Shown here one piece after another: positions 25,433-36,645 of a DNA stretch of 47,010 nt. The notes beneath the pieces were generated by a model. That model was not told the DNA's origin and made no database searches. It was given only the letters and a program-made list of their open reading frames with translations. Origin of the DNA: an uncultured Bacteroidales bacterium (GTDB lineage Bacteria > Bacteroidota > Bacteroidia > Bacteroidales > JACABE01); assembly GCA_903899825.1 (NCBI GenBank), contig CAIUKU010000192.1:1-47010 (forward strand). The letters run 5' to 3'. Both the position numbers and the translations under genes were made by a program. Each line of letters begins with the position of its first letter. Position 1 is the first letter of the stretch.

Positions 25433-25661
25433 GTCTAAATCTTTGACTTTCCGAAATATAATTTCATATTTTATTGATAATAAGTCGTTTTTTCTAAAAA
25501 TTTAACTGTATTGCTGAATTTAATTGAATATAAAAGCTCAGATAAAAAACTTTTTAAGTAGAATACTGTTAATTAATACATTTAAATTACAAATTTTAAT
25601 CTTTCTTTTTAAATAATTTTACCCTTATTTTGCAATAATTTGAAAATTGATTTTTAACGAT

Positions 25662-27014
25662 ATGTCTACACACATTAAGCTTAAAAAAGGATTGAATGTG
25701 AAACTTTTAGGTGAGGCTGAGAGGTCTTTGCCTACCTCACATTACATCCATACTTATGCCATAAAACCCGGCGATTTCAGGGGTATTCATCCAAAACTTC
25801 TGGTAAAAGAAGGAGATGCTGTAAGTGCAGGTAGCCCTGTTTTTCATAGTAAATCCGACGAGAGAATACAGATTCCTTCACCTGTAAGTGGCAAAATTAC
25901 TGCAATTATCAGGGGCGAAAAAAGAATCATCGAAGAAATACATATAGAGGCAACTCCCGAACAGCAATATATTGATTTTGGAAAAGCAATGCCGGTTGAT
26001 TTGAATAAAGAACAAATTATGGATAAATTGCTTAAAAGCGGTGTCTGGTCCTACATCAGACAGCGGCCTTATTCAATGATTGCCAATCCATCGGATCAAC
26101 CCAAAGCAATTTTTATTTCTGCATTCGATACTGCACCTTTAGCTCCTGATTATGATTATATACTTCACGGTAAAGGCGATAAGTTTCAGGCAGGCCTTGA
26201 TGCGCTGGCAAAATTAACTGAAGGTAAACTTCATTTAAACATCAATCCGGAATTGAACCTGACAAAAGTATTCTCAAACGCTAAAAATGTTGAAATCACT
26301 TCTTTTTCAGGACCCCACCCTGCCGGAAATATAGGAATTCAAATTCATCATCTCAATCCTATCAACAAAGGGGATATTGTCTGGTATATAAATCCTCAGG
26401 ACGTAATTACCATTGGTATTTTGTTTACTGAAGGTAAATATGATGCAGTCAAAATCATTGCATTAGCCGGATCTGAAGTGATACATCCACGGTATCACAA
26501 AATCATCAATGGATGTTGCATTTCGACGTTGGTAGAAAATAATGTTACAAAAGGAAATTTGCGTTACATAAGCGGCAATCCACTAACTGGTACTAAAATT
26601 ACTTCCAGCGGTTTTTTGGGTTTTTACGACCATCAGCTTACGGTAATACCCGAAGGCGACCATTATGAATTTTTTGGATGGGCAAAACCCGGTTTAAATA
26701 AATTCAGTTTTTCAAGAAGTTATTTTTCATGGTTAACGCCATGGAAAAAATATTCATTCGATACCAATTTACATGGAGGTGAACGGGCTTATGTAATTAC
26801 CGGTGAATATGAAAAAGTACTCCCTATGGATATTCTTCCAATGCAACTGATAAAAGCATGTATTGCCGAAGACATTGATGGGATGGAAAAATTGGGTATC
26901 TATGAAGTGGATGAAGAAGATTTTGCATTGGTAGAATTTATCGACACATCCAAAACAGAAATACAACAAATTATCCGCGATGGACTGGAATTGATCCGTA
27001 AGGAAATGAGTTAA
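25662..27014 (+). CDS. nqrA: Na+-translocating NADH:quinone oxidoreductase subunit A
   Basis: The N-terminus IKLKKGLNVKLLGEAE is typical of NqrA, and this is the first gene of a six-gene nqr block. I prefer the ATG at 25662 over the TTG at 25647 used by the track. Confidence 0.9.
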   Translation: MSTHIKLKKGLNVKLLGEAERSLPTSHYIHTYAIKPGDFRGIHPKLLVKEGDAVSAGSPVFHSKSDERIQIPSPVSGKITAIIRGEKRIIEEIHIEATPEQQYIDFGKAMPVDLNKEQIMDKLLKSGVWSYIRQRPYSMIANPSDQPKAIFISAFDTAPLAPDYDYILHGKGDKFQAGLDALAKLTEGKLHLNINPELNLTKVFSNAKNVEITSFSGPHPAGNIGIQIHHLNPINKGDIVWYINPQDVITIGILFTEGKYDAVKIIALAGSEVIHPRYHKIINGCCISTLVENNVTKGNLRYISGNPLTGTKITSSGFLGFYDHQLTVIPEGDHYEFFGWAKPGLNKFSFSRSYFSWLTPWKKYSFDTNLHGGERAYVITGEYEKVLPMDILPMQLIKACIAEDIDGMEKLGIYEVDEEDFALVEFIDTSKTEIQQIIRDGLELIRKEMS

Positions 27015-27047
27015 GAAAAATGTTGATTTATAACGATATAATAATAA

Positions 27048-28214
27048 ATGAAAGCATTAAGAAATTACATTGATAAAATTAAGCCTCATTTTGAAAAGGG
27101 CGGTAAATTTGAAAAACTGGAGTCAAGTTTTGGAGCAATTGAAACTTTTTTGTTTGTTCCGAACAAAGTAACGTTCAAAGGAAGTCACATACGCGATAAC
27201 AATGATATGAAGCGAACCATGAGTGTGGTGTTAATTGCACTGATGCCTGCCTTGATTTTTGGTATGTGGAATGTGGGTTATCAACACGCTTTGTCAGTTG
27301 GAATAAACAATAGCATTTTCGAAAATTTTATTTTTGGTTTTACAAAAGTACTCCCCATCATTGCGGTATCCTATATTTCAGGTTTAAGTATTGAATTTAT
27401 TTTTGCACAATACCGCGGTCACGAAGTAAATGAAGGGTTTTTAGTTACAGGTATGCTGATTCCTATGTTAGTTCCCGTGGATATTCCCTTGTGGATGGTA
27501 GCCATTGCTACTATTTTTGCAGTTATTTTCGGCAAAGAAGTATTCGGAGGCACCGGCATGAATGTATTTAATCCTGCTTTGGTTGCCAGGGCCTTTTTAT
27601 TCTTTGCCTATCCTGCTCAAATAACAGGTGATAAAATCTGGATTGCAGGATTAACGGAAGGAAAAGGAATTGTAGATGGCTTTTCAGGTGCTACACCTCT
27701 GGGAAATTGGGGTCAAAATATAGTGGATCATACATCGTTCTGGGATATGTTTTTGGGATTTATACCCGGTTCAATTGGTGAAACTTCAAAATTAGCCATA
27801 CTGATTGGCGCTGCCATCCTTTTATTTACTGGGATAGGAAGTTGGAGGATCATGCTTTCTACTTTTGCCGGGGCAATTTTTATGACATTGATTTTCAATG
27901 CATTTGCTGTAAATGAATACATGAAAGTAGATCCAATGACGCATCTGGTAATGGGAGGCTTTATGTTTGGAGCTGTTTTTATGGCAACCGACCCGGTGTC
28001 GTCTGCTCAAACCAACAAAGGAAAATATATCTATGGATTTTTGTTAGGCATTTTTGCTATTATGATCAGGGTTTTTAATCCGGCTTATCCCGAAGGCATG
28101 ATGCTTGCCATCCTTTTAATGAATACATTTACCCCTTTGATTGATTTCTATGTAATTGAAGCCAATATCAAAAGAAGATTAAAAAGAGCCGCTAAAATCA
28201 AAATTAATTTATAA
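27048..28214 (+). CDS. nqrB: Na+-NQR subunit B
   Basis: 388 aa, polytopic. It carries the FMN-attachment region (GFSGATPLG) and holds the expected position in the operon. Confidence 0.9.
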   Translation: MKALRNYIDKIKPHFEKGGKFEKLESSFGAIETFLFVPNKVTFKGSHIRDNNDMKRTMSVVLIALMPALIFGMWNVGYQHALSVGINNSIFENFIFGFTKVLPIIAVSYISGLSIEFIFAQYRGHEVNEGFLVTGMLIPMLVPVDIPLWMVAIATIFAVIFGKEVFGGTGMNVFNPALVARAFLFFAYPAQITGDKIWIAGLTEGKGIVDGFSGATPLGNWGQNIVDHTSFWDMFLGFIPGSIGETSKLAILIGAAILLFTGIGSWRIMLSTFAGAIFMTLIFNAFAVNEYMKVDPMTHLVMGGFMFGAVFMATDPVSSAQTNKGKYIYGFLLGIFAIMIRVFNPAYPEGMMLAILLMNTFTPLIDFYVIEANIKRRLKRAAKIKINL

Positions 28215-28232
28215 ATTAATACATTTTACAAA

Positions 28233-28934
28233 ATGTTTAGTAATAGATATATATTCATTTATTCTTCAATAATGGTGGTAATTGTAGCCATTGCACTTGC
28301 GCTTGCGGCCATACAATTAAAACCTTTTCAGGAAAACAATAAAAGGGTAGAGAAGATGCAGAACATCCTGAGTTCAGTGAATATTGAAACTACCGTTAAA
28401 AATGCAGAAGAACTGTATAAAAAATACATAACTGCAACTTATGTAGTGAATATAAAAGGTGAAAAAATTGATAAAATCAATGCTTTTGATATTGATTTGT
28501 ATTATGAATTTAAAAAGAAAGCCGAAGACAGGCATTTCCCGGTATATATTGCAAAACTCGAAAGCGGAGATACTGCTTTTGTTCTGGCACTCAGAGGAAA
28601 AGGACTTTGGGGCCCGATCTGGGGTTATATGTCTTTTAAAACTGATATGAACACCATAATAGGTGCTATGTTTGACCACAAGGGTGAAACACCGGGTCTG
28701 GGTGCTGAAATTGATACCAAGATTTTTCAAAATCAGTTTCAGAATAAAACCATTTATAACGAAAATGGAAAATTTACTTCAATCCAGACTGTAAAAGGTG
28801 GAGCTAAAAAAGATGATATGCATGGTGTGGATGGTATTTCCGGAGGTACCATAACCAGTAAAGGATTGGAAAAAATGCTGTTTGATTGCCTGACCGACTA
28901 TCAGGGATTTTTAACTAAAAACAAAAATAATTGA
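28233..28934 (+). CDS. nqrC: Na+-NQR subunit C
   Basis: 233 aa with a single N-terminal helix and the FMN-attachment motif region (GVDGISGGTITSKG). Confidence 0.9.
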   Translation: MFSNRYIFIYSSIMVVIVAIALALAAIQLKPFQENNKRVEKMQNILSSVNIETTVKNAEELYKKYITATYVVNIKGEKIDKINAFDIDLYYEFKKKAEDRHFPVYIAKLESGDTAFVLALRGKGLWGPIWGYMSFKTDMNTIIGAMFDHKGETPGLGAEIDTKIFQNQFQNKTIYNENGKFTSIQTVKGGAKKDDMHGVDGISGGTITSKGLEKMLFDCLTDYQGFLTKNKNN

Positions 28935-28938
28935 AGAT

Positions 28939-29598
28939 ATGAGTGATAATCAGCCAATAAAAAAGAGAGAGCCTTTATTTTCGGCTCAAAACCTAAAGTT
29001 ACTCAAAGGACCGTTCAGCCAAAACAATCCAATTACAGTGCAGGTACTGGGGATTTGTTCAGCACTTGCAGTGACCGTTCAAATGAAACCGGCAATTGTT
29101 ATGGCATTATCGGTTATGATAGTAACAGCTTTTTCCAACCTGATCATTTCAGTTATGCGAAACGGAATTCCTCCAAGTATCCGTATAATTGTTCAGCTGG
29201 TAGTTATAGCTGCTTTGGTAATTATTGTTGATCAGTTATTAAAAGCATTTGTTTACGATGTGAGCAAGAAATTATCCGTATTCGTAGGATTAATTATTAC
29301 CAATTGTATTTTGATGGGAAGACTGGAGGCTTTTGCAATGGCAAACAAGCCCTGGCAATCATTCCTTGATGGTATCGGAAATGGATTGGGGTATGGATTG
29401 ATACTGGTAGTGGTTTCCTTTTTCAGAGAATTATTGGGTTATGGAAAACTTATGGGTTTCAGGGTTATCCCTGAATCTTTCTATCAGGCTGGTTATGTAA
29501 ATAATGGTATGATGATATTACCTCCAATGGCATTAATAACTGTAGGAACCATTATTTGGATACAGAGAAGTAAAAATCGTGATTTAATTGAAAAATAA
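28939..29598 (+). CDS. nqrD: Na+-NQR subunit D
   Basis: 219 aa, polytopic, RnfE/NqrD family sequence (NPITVQVLGICSALAVT). Confidence 0.9.
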   Translation: MSDNQPIKKREPLFSAQNLKLLKGPFSQNNPITVQVLGICSALAVTVQMKPAIVMALSVMIVTAFSNLIISVMRNGIPPSIRIIVQLVVIAALVIIVDQLLKAFVYDVSKKLSVFVGLIITNCILMGRLEAFAMANKPWQSFLDGIGNGLGYGLILVVVSFFRELLGYGKLMGFRVIPESFYQAGYVNNGMMILPPMALITVGTIIWIQRSKNRDLIEK

Positions 29599-29631
29599 AC
29601 CTGAAATCGTTTAATACGTATTTTCGACATT

Positions 29632-30249
29632 ATGGAAAATTTATTTAATTTATTTGTAAGATCTATTTTCATTGACAATATGGTATTTGCCTATTTTCTT
29701 GGAATGTGTTCTTACCTGGCGGTTTCTAAAACCGTTAAAACGTCAATGGGATTGGGTGTTGCAGTAACATTCGTACTGCTTATCACTGTTCCTATCAACT
29801 GGTTGGTTGAAACATATTTGCTAAAAGCCGGAGCGCTTTCCTGGTTAGGTGAAGGCTATAAGGATGTTGATCTTGGATTTCTGAGTTTTATTGTATTTAT
29901 AGCTGTCATTGCAGCAATTGTTCAATTGGTCGAAATGCTGGTTGAAAAATTTTCACCTCCATTGTACAATGCCCTGGGAATATTCTTACCCTTAATAGCG
30001 GTGAACTGTGCCATCTTAGGAGCTGCTTTGTTTATGCAGGAAAGAGAATACGGAACCATTGCTGAAGCTACTGTTTATGCTGTAGGTTCAGGAATCGGAT
30101 GGTGGTTGGCAATCGTTACACTGGCTGCTATCAGGGAAAAAATCAAATATTCACACATACCTGCTCCACTCAGAGGATTAGGCATCACATTCATACTTAC
30201 AGGACTTATGGCAATTGCTTTTATGGGCTTTATGGGTATTAAAATATAA
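29632..30249 (+). CDS. nqrE: Na+-NQR subunit E
   Basis: 205 aa, polytopic, RnfA/NqrE family ([21 protein letters not shown]; [12 protein letters not shown]). Confidence 0.9.
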   Translation: MENLFNLFVRSIFIDNMVFAYFLGMCSYLAVSKTVKTSMGLGVAVTFVLLITVPINWLVETYLLKAGALSWLGEGYKDVDLGFLSFIVFIAVIAAIVQLVEMLVEKFSPPLYNALGIFLPLIAVNCAILGAALFMQEREYGTIAEATVYAVGSGIGWWLAIVTLAAIREKIKYSHIPAPLRGLGITFILTGLMAIAFMGFMGIKI

Positions 30250-30275
30250 TTGGTTAAACGAATAAATTAAAAAAC

Positions 30276-31523
30276 ATGGGATTAGGATTTATTATTGCCC
30301 TTAGTGTTATTATATTCCTGTTGATAACCATTATGCTGGTTGGTATATTATTGTTAGCCAAAGCAAAACTGGTACAATCGGGTGCGGTAAAAATTACAAT
30401 TAACAGCGATAAAGAAGTTGAAGTAGCTGCAGGTTCTACATTACTGCAAACCCTGGCGCAGGAAAAGATCTTTCTGCCTTCTGCCTGTGGGGGCGGTGGT
30501 ACCTGTGCCATGTGTAAATGCCAGGTAACCAAAGGAGGAGGAAGCATACTTGCAACAGAAACCGGCTATTTTACCCGCAAGGAGCAGCTTAATCACTGGA
30601 GATTAGGCTGTCAGGTTAAGGTAAGAGAAGACATGAATATTCTGGTTCCTGAGGAAATTTTCGGAATTAAAAAATGGGAATGTGAAGTAGTCTCCAATCG
30701 CAATGTGGCTACTTTTATCAAAGAATTTATAGTACGTTTGCCCGAAGGTGAGAACCTCGATTTCAAATCAGGAGGTTATATTCAGATCGATGTACCCGAG
30801 TGTGAAGTAGATTACAGCAAAAATATTGAAATTGAAGCCGAATACCGCAATCAATGGGATCTCTATAAATTGTGGAATTTAAAGATGAAGAATACGGAAC
30901 CTATATTCCGTGCCTATTCTATGGCAAATCATCCTGCCGAAGGCAACCTGATTATGTTAAACGTTCGTATTGCTACTCCACCCTGGGACGGAAAAACACA
31001 ATCGTATATGAAAGTGAACCCTGGCATTTGTTCCTCATATATATTCTCCCGCAAACCTGGGGATAAAGTCACCATTTCAGGACCTTATGGTGAATTCTTT
31101 ATCAAACCAACCCAACGGGAAATGATGTTTATAGGCGGTGGTGCCGGTATGGCTCCCATGCGTTCGCATATATTCGACCAATTCTTAACCCGTCATACCG
31201 ACCGGAAAGTAAGTTTCTGGTATGGAGGACGCTCTTTGAAAGAACTGTTTTATATCGATGAATTTCAGAAGATTCAAAAAGAGAATGCAAATTTCTCATT
31301 CAATATTGCATTATCAGAACCTGCTCCCGAGGACCATTGGACGGGTTACACCGGATTTATCCATCAGGTGATACTTGAAAATTACCTGAAAACCCATCCT
31401 GAACCTGAAGATATCGAATACTATATTTGCGGACCACCTATGATGAATGCAGCTGTTTTGAAAATGCTCGATGATTATGGTGTACCCAAAGATATGATTG
31501 CTTTCGATGACTTTGGTGTGTAA
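30276..31523 (+). CDS. nqrF: Na+-NQR subunit F
   Basis: 415 aa with an N-terminal helix and a 2Fe-2S ferredoxin motif ([12 protein letters not shown]). FAD-binding RAYSMAN and an NADH-binding domain are present. Confidence 0.92.
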   Translation: MGLGFIIALSVIIFLLITIMLVGILLLAKAKLVQSGAVKITINSDKEVEVAAGSTLLQTLAQEKIFLPSACGGGGTCAMCKCQVTKGGGSILATETGYFTRKEQLNHWRLGCQVKVREDMNILVPEEIFGIKKWECEVVSNRNVATFIKEFIVRLPEGENLDFKSGGYIQIDVPECEVDYSKNIEIEAEYRNQWDLYKLWNLKMKNTEPIFRAYSMANHPAEGNLIMLNVRIATPPWDGKTQSYMKVNPGICSSYIFSRKPGDKVTISGPYGEFFIKPTQREMMFIGGGAGMAPMRSHIFDQFLTRHTDRKVSFWYGGRSLKELFYIDEFQKIQKENANFSFNIALSEPAPEDHWTGYTGFIHQVILENYLKTHPEPEDIEYYICGPPMMNAAVLKMLDDYGVPKDMIAFDDFGV

Positions 31524-31530
31524 ATATTTT

Positions 31531-31562
31531 AAAAGCTCAGACTTCCACATCTGAGCTTTTTC
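31531..31562 (+). terminator. Intrinsic terminator of the nqr operon
   Basis: 10-bp stem AAAAGCTCAG / CTGAGCTTTT with a 10-nt loop and a trailing T run. It lies 8 nt after the nqrF stop. Confidence 0.65.
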
Positions 31563-31597
31563 ATTGATAATTTACAGATTGTTTCCTGATAAATTTG

Positions 31598-31605
31598 TAG
31601 GTTTG
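31598..31605 (+). promoter_or_regulatory. Bacteroidota -7 box (TAGGTTTG) upstream of recG
   Basis: Exact TAnnTTTG 15 nt upstream of the ATG at 31620. Confidence 0.4.
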
Positions 31606-31619
31606 CAATAAAAAAACGA

Positions 31620-33725
31620 ATGTCATATAATTTTTCCGAAACAGCCATTGAATATCTTAAAGGAGTGGGGCCAAAACGTGCCGAACTGCTCCGGAAAGAA
31701 TTAAATATTCGTTGTTTTGGCGATTTACTGCAGTATTACCCTTTTCGTTATATCGACAGGACTAAGTTTCATAAAGCCAATGAAATCAGCAATGATTTGG
31801 TATATGTCCAAATGAAAGGTAAGATTGTATCTACTGAAACTGTAGGCAAAATGCGCAGCAGCCGTTTTATTGCTAAATTTCAGGATGAAACGGGTAGCAT
31901 TGAACTGGTTTGGTTTCAGGGTATAAAATGGATCAAAGAAAAAATACATTTAGGAGAAGAATACATCGTTTTTGGTAAACCTTCCGTTTTCAATAAAACT
32001 TATAATATTCTTCATCCTGATATCGAATCTCTTGCAGAAAACCAGGGTGAAATTACCGAAGGCTTGTATCCTTATTATAACTCATCAGAAAAACTTAAAT
32101 CCCTGGGCTTTACATCCAGAGGAATCAGCAAGATTACAAAAACACTGATAAATACTGCCCAAAGTAGTATACCCGAAACATTAACACCTGAAATTATCAA
32201 TAAATACCGCTTTATTTCCAGAGAAGAAGCATTGATAAACATTCACTTTCCTGCCAATACGGAAATATTACAAAAAGCACAATTGCGTATCAAATTTGAA
32301 GAACTGTTTTATCTGCAGTTGAGTTTACTGATGATGAAACAAATCAGGCTTTCCAAAACCGAAGGGCATCGTTTTGGATCTGTTGGCAATTATTTCAATA
32401 CCTTTTATTCCAAAAATCTTCCTTTCGAGCTCACCAATGCTCAAAAAAGGGTGATAAAAGAAATCCGTTTGGATCTGGGTTCAGGCAAACAGATGAACCG
32501 GTTGCTGCAGGGGGATGTAGGCAGCGGGAAAACATTGGTTGCCCTCATGTGTATGCTGATTGCAATCGACAACAACTATCAGTCCTGTTTAATGGTACCT
32601 ACCGAAATCCTGGCAAACCAGCATTTCGAAACCATCAGCCGGATGCTTAACGGATTGGGCATTACAGTTGAATTATTATGCGGTTCTACTAAAAAAGCAA
32701 AGCGTAAACTGATTGATGAAGGCTTGCAATCATCCAATATCCATATTTTAATCGGCACCCATGCCTTGATAGAAGATACGGTTCAGTTTGCCAATTTAGG
32801 ATTAGTAATTATTGACGAACAACATCGTTTTGGCGTTGAACAACGATCCAAACTATGGGAAAAGAACGAGAAACAACCCCATATATTGGTCATGACTGCC
32901 ACACCCATTCCTCGAACACTGGCAATGACATTGTATGGCGACCTGGATTATTCTGCCATCGACGAAATGCCTCCGGGACGGAAGCTGATTAAGACCTATC
33001 ATTACTTTGATTCGGCAAGACTGAAGGTTTTTAGCTTTCTAAAGCAGCAGGTTACTGCAGGACGACAGGTATATGTCGTATATCCGCTTATCAACGAATC
33101 GGAAACCCTGGATTTAAAAGATCTGATGGATGGGTACAACAGCATTACCCGCGAATTTCCGCTTCCCGAATATGCCGTAAGCATAGTACACGGACAAATG
33201 AAATCTGCCGACAAAGATTACGAAATGCAACGCTTTGTAAAAGGCGAAACCCAGCTTATGGTTTCCACTACTGTAATTGAAGTAGGTGTGGATGTTCCCA
33301 ATGCTTCGGTAATGGTAATAGAAAATGCCGAACGCTTTGGCTTATCACAGCTGCACCAGCTCAGAGGCAGGGTTGGACGGGGTGCTGAGCAATCCTATTG
33401 TATTTTGATGACCGGCAATAAGCTTACTTCCGATGGCAGAAAACGCATAGAAACCATGGTGCGGACTACCGATGGTTTTGAAATTGCCGAAGCCGATTTA
33501 AAACTCCGTGGACCCGGCGATATGCAGGGCACCCAGCAAAGCGGCATGCTCGACCTTCACCTGGCCGATATAGTTAAAGATGAAAAACTGATAAAAATTG
33601 CCCGCGACCTGGCCATAGACATCTTAAAGGAAGACCCATTGATAAGCACTGCCAAAAATCAAAAACTCAAAGAGCAACTCCTTAGGATGAAGAAAGTGAA
33701 AGGCAGTTGGGAGAAGATAAGTTAA
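31620..33725 (+). CDS. recG: ATP-dependent DNA helicase RecG
   Basis: 701 aa with an N-terminal wedge/OB domain. The helicase motifs are GDVGSGKT, DEQHRFG and QLRGRVGRG. Confidence 0.92.
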   Translation: MSYNFSETAIEYLKGVGPKRAELLRKELNIRCFGDLLQYYPFRYIDRTKFHKANEISNDLVYVQMKGKIVSTETVGKMRSSRFIAKFQDETGSIELVWFQGIKWIKEKIHLGEEYIVFGKPSVFNKTYNILHPDIESLAENQGEITEGLYPYYNSSEKLKSLGFTSRGISKITKTLINTAQSSIPETLTPEIINKYRFISREEALINIHFPANTEILQKAQLRIKFEELFYLQLSLLMMKQIRLSKTEGHRFGSVGNYFNTFYSKNLPFELTNAQKRVIKEIRLDLGSGKQMNRLLQGDVGSGKTLVALMCMLIAIDNNYQSCLMVPTEILANQHFETISRMLNGLGITVELLCGSTKKAKRKLIDEGLQSSNIHILIGTHALIEDTVQFANLGLVIIDEQHRFGVEQRSKLWEKNEKQPHILVMTATPIPRTLAMTLYGDLDYSAIDEMPPGRKLIKTYHYFDSARLKVFSFLKQQVTAGRQVYVVYPLINESETLDLKDLMDGYNSITREFPLPEYAVSIVHGQMKSADKDYEMQRFVKGETQLMVSTTVIEVGVDVPNASVMVIENAERFGLSQLHQLRGRVGRGAEQSYCILMTGNKLTSDGRKRIETMVRTTDGFEIAEADLKLRGPGDMQGTQQSGMLDLHLADIVKDEKLIKIARDLAIDILKEDPLISTAKNQKLKEQLLRMKKVKGSWEKIS

Positions 33726-33876
33726 TGGATAGCTAATTTTGAAGCTTCAGAGAAATTTACAGATCCTGTATAATTATTATGTACAAAACGTTTGGACCTA
33801 TATATCCCAAAATCCTTTCAGATGTATTACTTATTGGAATTTCGGCTATACGAATGAATATTACATCTCGTGTAAA

Positions 33877-36087
33877 TTATTTTGCTATTATCTTTCCATT
33901 CGAAATAATGCAATTATCAGATATAATTTGATAGAAATAAACCCCAGATTTTAAATTGTTTCTTGGAATTTTAATTTTTCGCACCTTTGAAAGACTTGTT
34001 GAATAAACCGGCATTGACAGCAGATCATATATTGTTACATCGACTTTATTCAATTGTTTAACAAAGTCAATTTCAAATTCATCATTAAAAGGGTTAGGAT
34101 AAACAGACACTGAAATATATCGGTCAGTGTAAGAACCCGTTGACGTAATCACACCTAAATGTTTGTAAACCAAAACACCAAATTGTGTGCCTAGCCATTT
34201 GTTCCCGAATTTATCAATGGTAAGGGATGTTACATTGCTTGAATTGGGGATGGGCGAGTTATCGGCATCATATGTTGTCCAATTATTCCCATCAAAGTGG
34301 ATCAGATCAAAAAGGGTGAACTGCCAAATACTCCCATCAATGTCTCTTGATAAAATTCCTCCTGAAAGATAAGGATCTAAATAAGGGTGCGTATAATTTA
34401 CAACATTTGTCTTGTCAAACTTATAAAATCCGTACCGTCCGTTTGAAAACCAGATATTACCTACTGGATCAAAAATGAATGATCCAATATTGTTCATCGG
34501 GATCAAAGAGTTTGATGTATTATAAATGGTCCAGTTGGTCCCATCAAATTTGATTAATCCGTTTTCGGTTGAAACCCATACAATATTACTGTCATCAATC
34601 ACAATTTGATTAATAAATGCATCAGGAAGCAGGGAGTTTAAATTATTAAATGTTGTCCATGCTGTTCCGTTATAATGCGCCAGTCCTTCGTGAGGATTAT
34701 AAGTCCATGTGTGATTAATTTGATCATAAGTTGCATCAACTCTGTCAACATAATCCATCCATATCCCTCCTGATAAATCGGTCGCTAAAGCATCCAGGTT
34801 TAAGCCAACAGGATAACCTGCTTGCAATGCAGGGGTATTGGCTATGTTAGTCCAATTTGCACCATCATATTTTATTATTCCAGTTCTTTTTTTGATATAA
34901 AGGTTGCCTGATATGTCTGTGGCCATGGTCAGGGAAGTATTATCGTAATTAGGTAATCCTACCCAATTGTTCCAGTCATATTTTACCAATCCTAATGCGG
35001 AGGAAAAGGGTTCTTTTGTTCCTATAAATACTTTACCGTCAGGGTTAGAAACGATTTGACTTACATAATTGTCATTAAGTTCTGAATTTGAAGCGTCATA
35101 GCTTGTCCAAACCGATCCGTTCTTTCTACCGACCATTCCGGTATTGTCACATCCGTACCAGATATTGTTGAAATGATCAGCATAAACAGGGCTGACATCT
35201 TCATCGGATATCACAGAATTAGAACTGTCATATTTCGTCCAGGTACTTCCGTCAAATGACATAAGACCACCCAGCACATGAGTTGAATAGTTATAGGCAA
35301 CACATCCGGTCCAGATGATATTATTGGCATCAATGGACATTGAGGTATTATTGATATTTGGAATATTCGTGTTGGTATTGTCATAGGCAGTAAATGTATT
35401 GCCGTCGAATTTTTCAACACCACCAGTATGCAACAGCCAGATATTCCCGTTGTTGTCCTTATCAATGTGCACAATAGATTTACCGGAAATAGCAGAGTTT
35501 GAAGTATTATATAAAGTCCAGTTGGTTCCATCGAATTTTATCAGTTCTGTAACAGAAGCCAGCCAGATATTACCCCCTTCGGAAAAAACACTTTTAATAT
35601 AATTGGTTGTCAATCCAGAATTCGATGTATTATATAAGGTCCAGTTAGTTCCGTCAAATTTTATTAACCCGCCATTCGTGCATCCTGTCGATATCCAGAC
35701 AACATTATTGCTGTCGATGGTCAGACTCTCAATTGAACATCCGGAAAGCGGTGAATTTGAAGTATCATAAATGGTCCAATTAGTATCATCATATTTAACC
35801 AAAACACCTTTGTTCCAGGTGCTGAACCATTTGTTCCCGTAGTGATCGATAGCAATGTTTGAAATCCAGCTATCAGGGAACGGACAGTTGGTTTTATCAA
35901 AGATAACTTTTGTGCCGGTTGTCCTGTTAATTTTCAGCGCACCGGCACAGGATCCAATCCATATAAAATTGCCATCCTCAGCTATTGTTTGAATACCGGG
36001 TACTTTAGACAGATAAATCCATTCCGGGTTTTGGGCAATAAGATGAGATGAATAAAACAGAAGTACAGCAAAAATTATTTTTTTCAT
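33877..36087 (-). CDS. Secreted beta-propeller repeat protein (two-component-regulator-propeller-like blades) with a T9SS type A sorting domain
   Basis: 736 aa with a signal peptide (MKKIIFAVLLFYSSHLIAQ). It has many tandem blades of the form FDGTNWT-Y-TSNS. The C-terminal tail is VYPNPFNDEFEIDF...GVYFYQIISDN...GKIIAK. Confidence 0.82.
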   Translation of the reverse strand: MKKIIFAVLLFYSSHLIAQNPEWIYLSKVPGIQTIAEDGNFIWIGSCAGALKINRTTGTKVIFDKTNCPFPDSWISNIAIDHYGNKWFSTWNKGVLVKYDDTNWTIYDTSNSPLSGCSIESLTIDSNNVVWISTGCTNGGLIKFDGTNWTLYNTSNSGLTTNYIKSVFSEGGNIWLASVTELIKFDGTNWTLYNTSNSAISGKSIVHIDKDNNGNIWLLHTGGVEKFDGNTFTAYDNTNTNIPNINNTSMSIDANNIIWTGCVAYNYSTHVLGGLMSFDGSTWTKYDSSNSVISDEDVSPVYADHFNNIWYGCDNTGMVGRKNGSVWTSYDASNSELNDNYVSQIVSNPDGKVFIGTKEPFSSALGLVKYDWNNWVGLPNYDNTSLTMATDISGNLYIKKRTGIIKYDGANWTNIANTPALQAGYPVGLNLDALATDLSGGIWMDYVDRVDATYDQINHTWTYNPHEGLAHYNGTAWTTFNNLNSLLPDAFINQIVIDDSNIVWVSTENGLIKFDGTNWTIYNTSNSLIPMNNIGSFIFDPVGNIWFSNGRYGFYKFDKTNVVNYTHPYLDPYLSGGILSRDIDGSIWQFTLFDLIHFDGNNWTTYDADNSPIPNSSNVTSLTIDKFGNKWLGTQFGVLVYKHLGVITSTGSYTDRYISVSVYPNPFNDEFEIDFVKQLNKVDVTIYDLLSMPVYSTSLSKVRKIKIPRNNLKSGVYFYQIISDNCIISNGKIIAK

Positions 36088-36135
36088 ACGATTTGTTTTT
36101 TATGCTATGTTTGACATATAATATCATACGTCTTA

Positions 36136-36143
36136 CAAATATA
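36136..36143 (-). promoter_or_regulatory. Bacteroidota -7 box (TATATTTG) upstream of the 736-aa gene
   Basis: Exact TAnnTTTG on the minus strand, 49 nt upstream of the ATG at 36087. Confidence 0.4.
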
Positions 36144-36182
36144 CCTTTCTCTCCCTATTAGATCCTACTGATTAATGTCATA

Positions 36183-36315
36183 CTTTATTTACAACACAAA
36201 TATAAGAATAATTCTATTCTCCTTTATTTTATTTAACAAAGCCTCAAAAGGGAATTCAATTACCAATGTCAAAGTTTTAAACTTTGACATTGGTTTCACG
36301 TACTTTGACAAAGAT
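36183..36315. repeat. Direct repeat copy 1 (~130 bp) containing the 33-nt palindrome HP1 (36262-36294)
   Basis: CTTTATTTACAACACAAATATAAGAATAATTCTATTCTCC...CCTCAAAAGGGAATTCAATT, then ACCAATGTCAAAGTTT-T-AAACTTTGACATTGGT, then TTCACGTACTTTGACAAAGAT. It is near-identical to copy 2, 332 bp to the right. Confidence 0.85.
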
Positions 36316-36514
36316 TATTCTGACTAACATTTTTTATTACACTGATATTGTATTTGTTACAAATTCCCATTTTCTTATTTTTTTTTATCAAAAAAACTGC
36401 TTCCAAACGTTAGCTTCACAAATCAATATTGTTAGGTGTATATGTTGGATTGCAAGTAACATTTAAGTCTGACAAATACTTCCTTTTGACAGTATAGTAA
36501 AGAAAGCAACCATC

Positions 36515-36645
36515 TTTATTTACCCCACAAATATACAATAATTCTATTCTCCTATATTATTTAACAAAACCTCAAAAGGGAATTCAATTACCAATGTCAA
36601 AGTTTTAAACGTTGACATTGGTTTCACCTGATTTGACAAAGATAT
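36515..36645. repeat. Direct repeat copy 2 (~130 bp) containing palindrome HP2 (36592-36624, one mismatch)
   Basis: Same sequence as copy 1 with a few substitutions or indels. It overlaps the last ~34 codons of the RAYT ORF. Confidence 0.85.

Noticed and set aside
25647-25661. TTG start for nqrA used by the ORF track.
   Set aside because: An ATG five codons downstream gives the typical NqrA N-terminus. The choice does not affect the call.
33739-33954. 71-aa + strand ORF overlapping the 3' end of the 736-aa T9SS gene.
   Set aside because: It is antisense to a well-supported CDS, has odd composition (Y/N/I-rich) and has no support.
36284-36466. 60-aa + strand ORF between repeat copies 1 and 2.
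   Set aside because: It starts with TTG inside palindrome HP1, is AT-rich and hydrophobic by composition, and is exactly at the length cut-off. It is most likely spurious.
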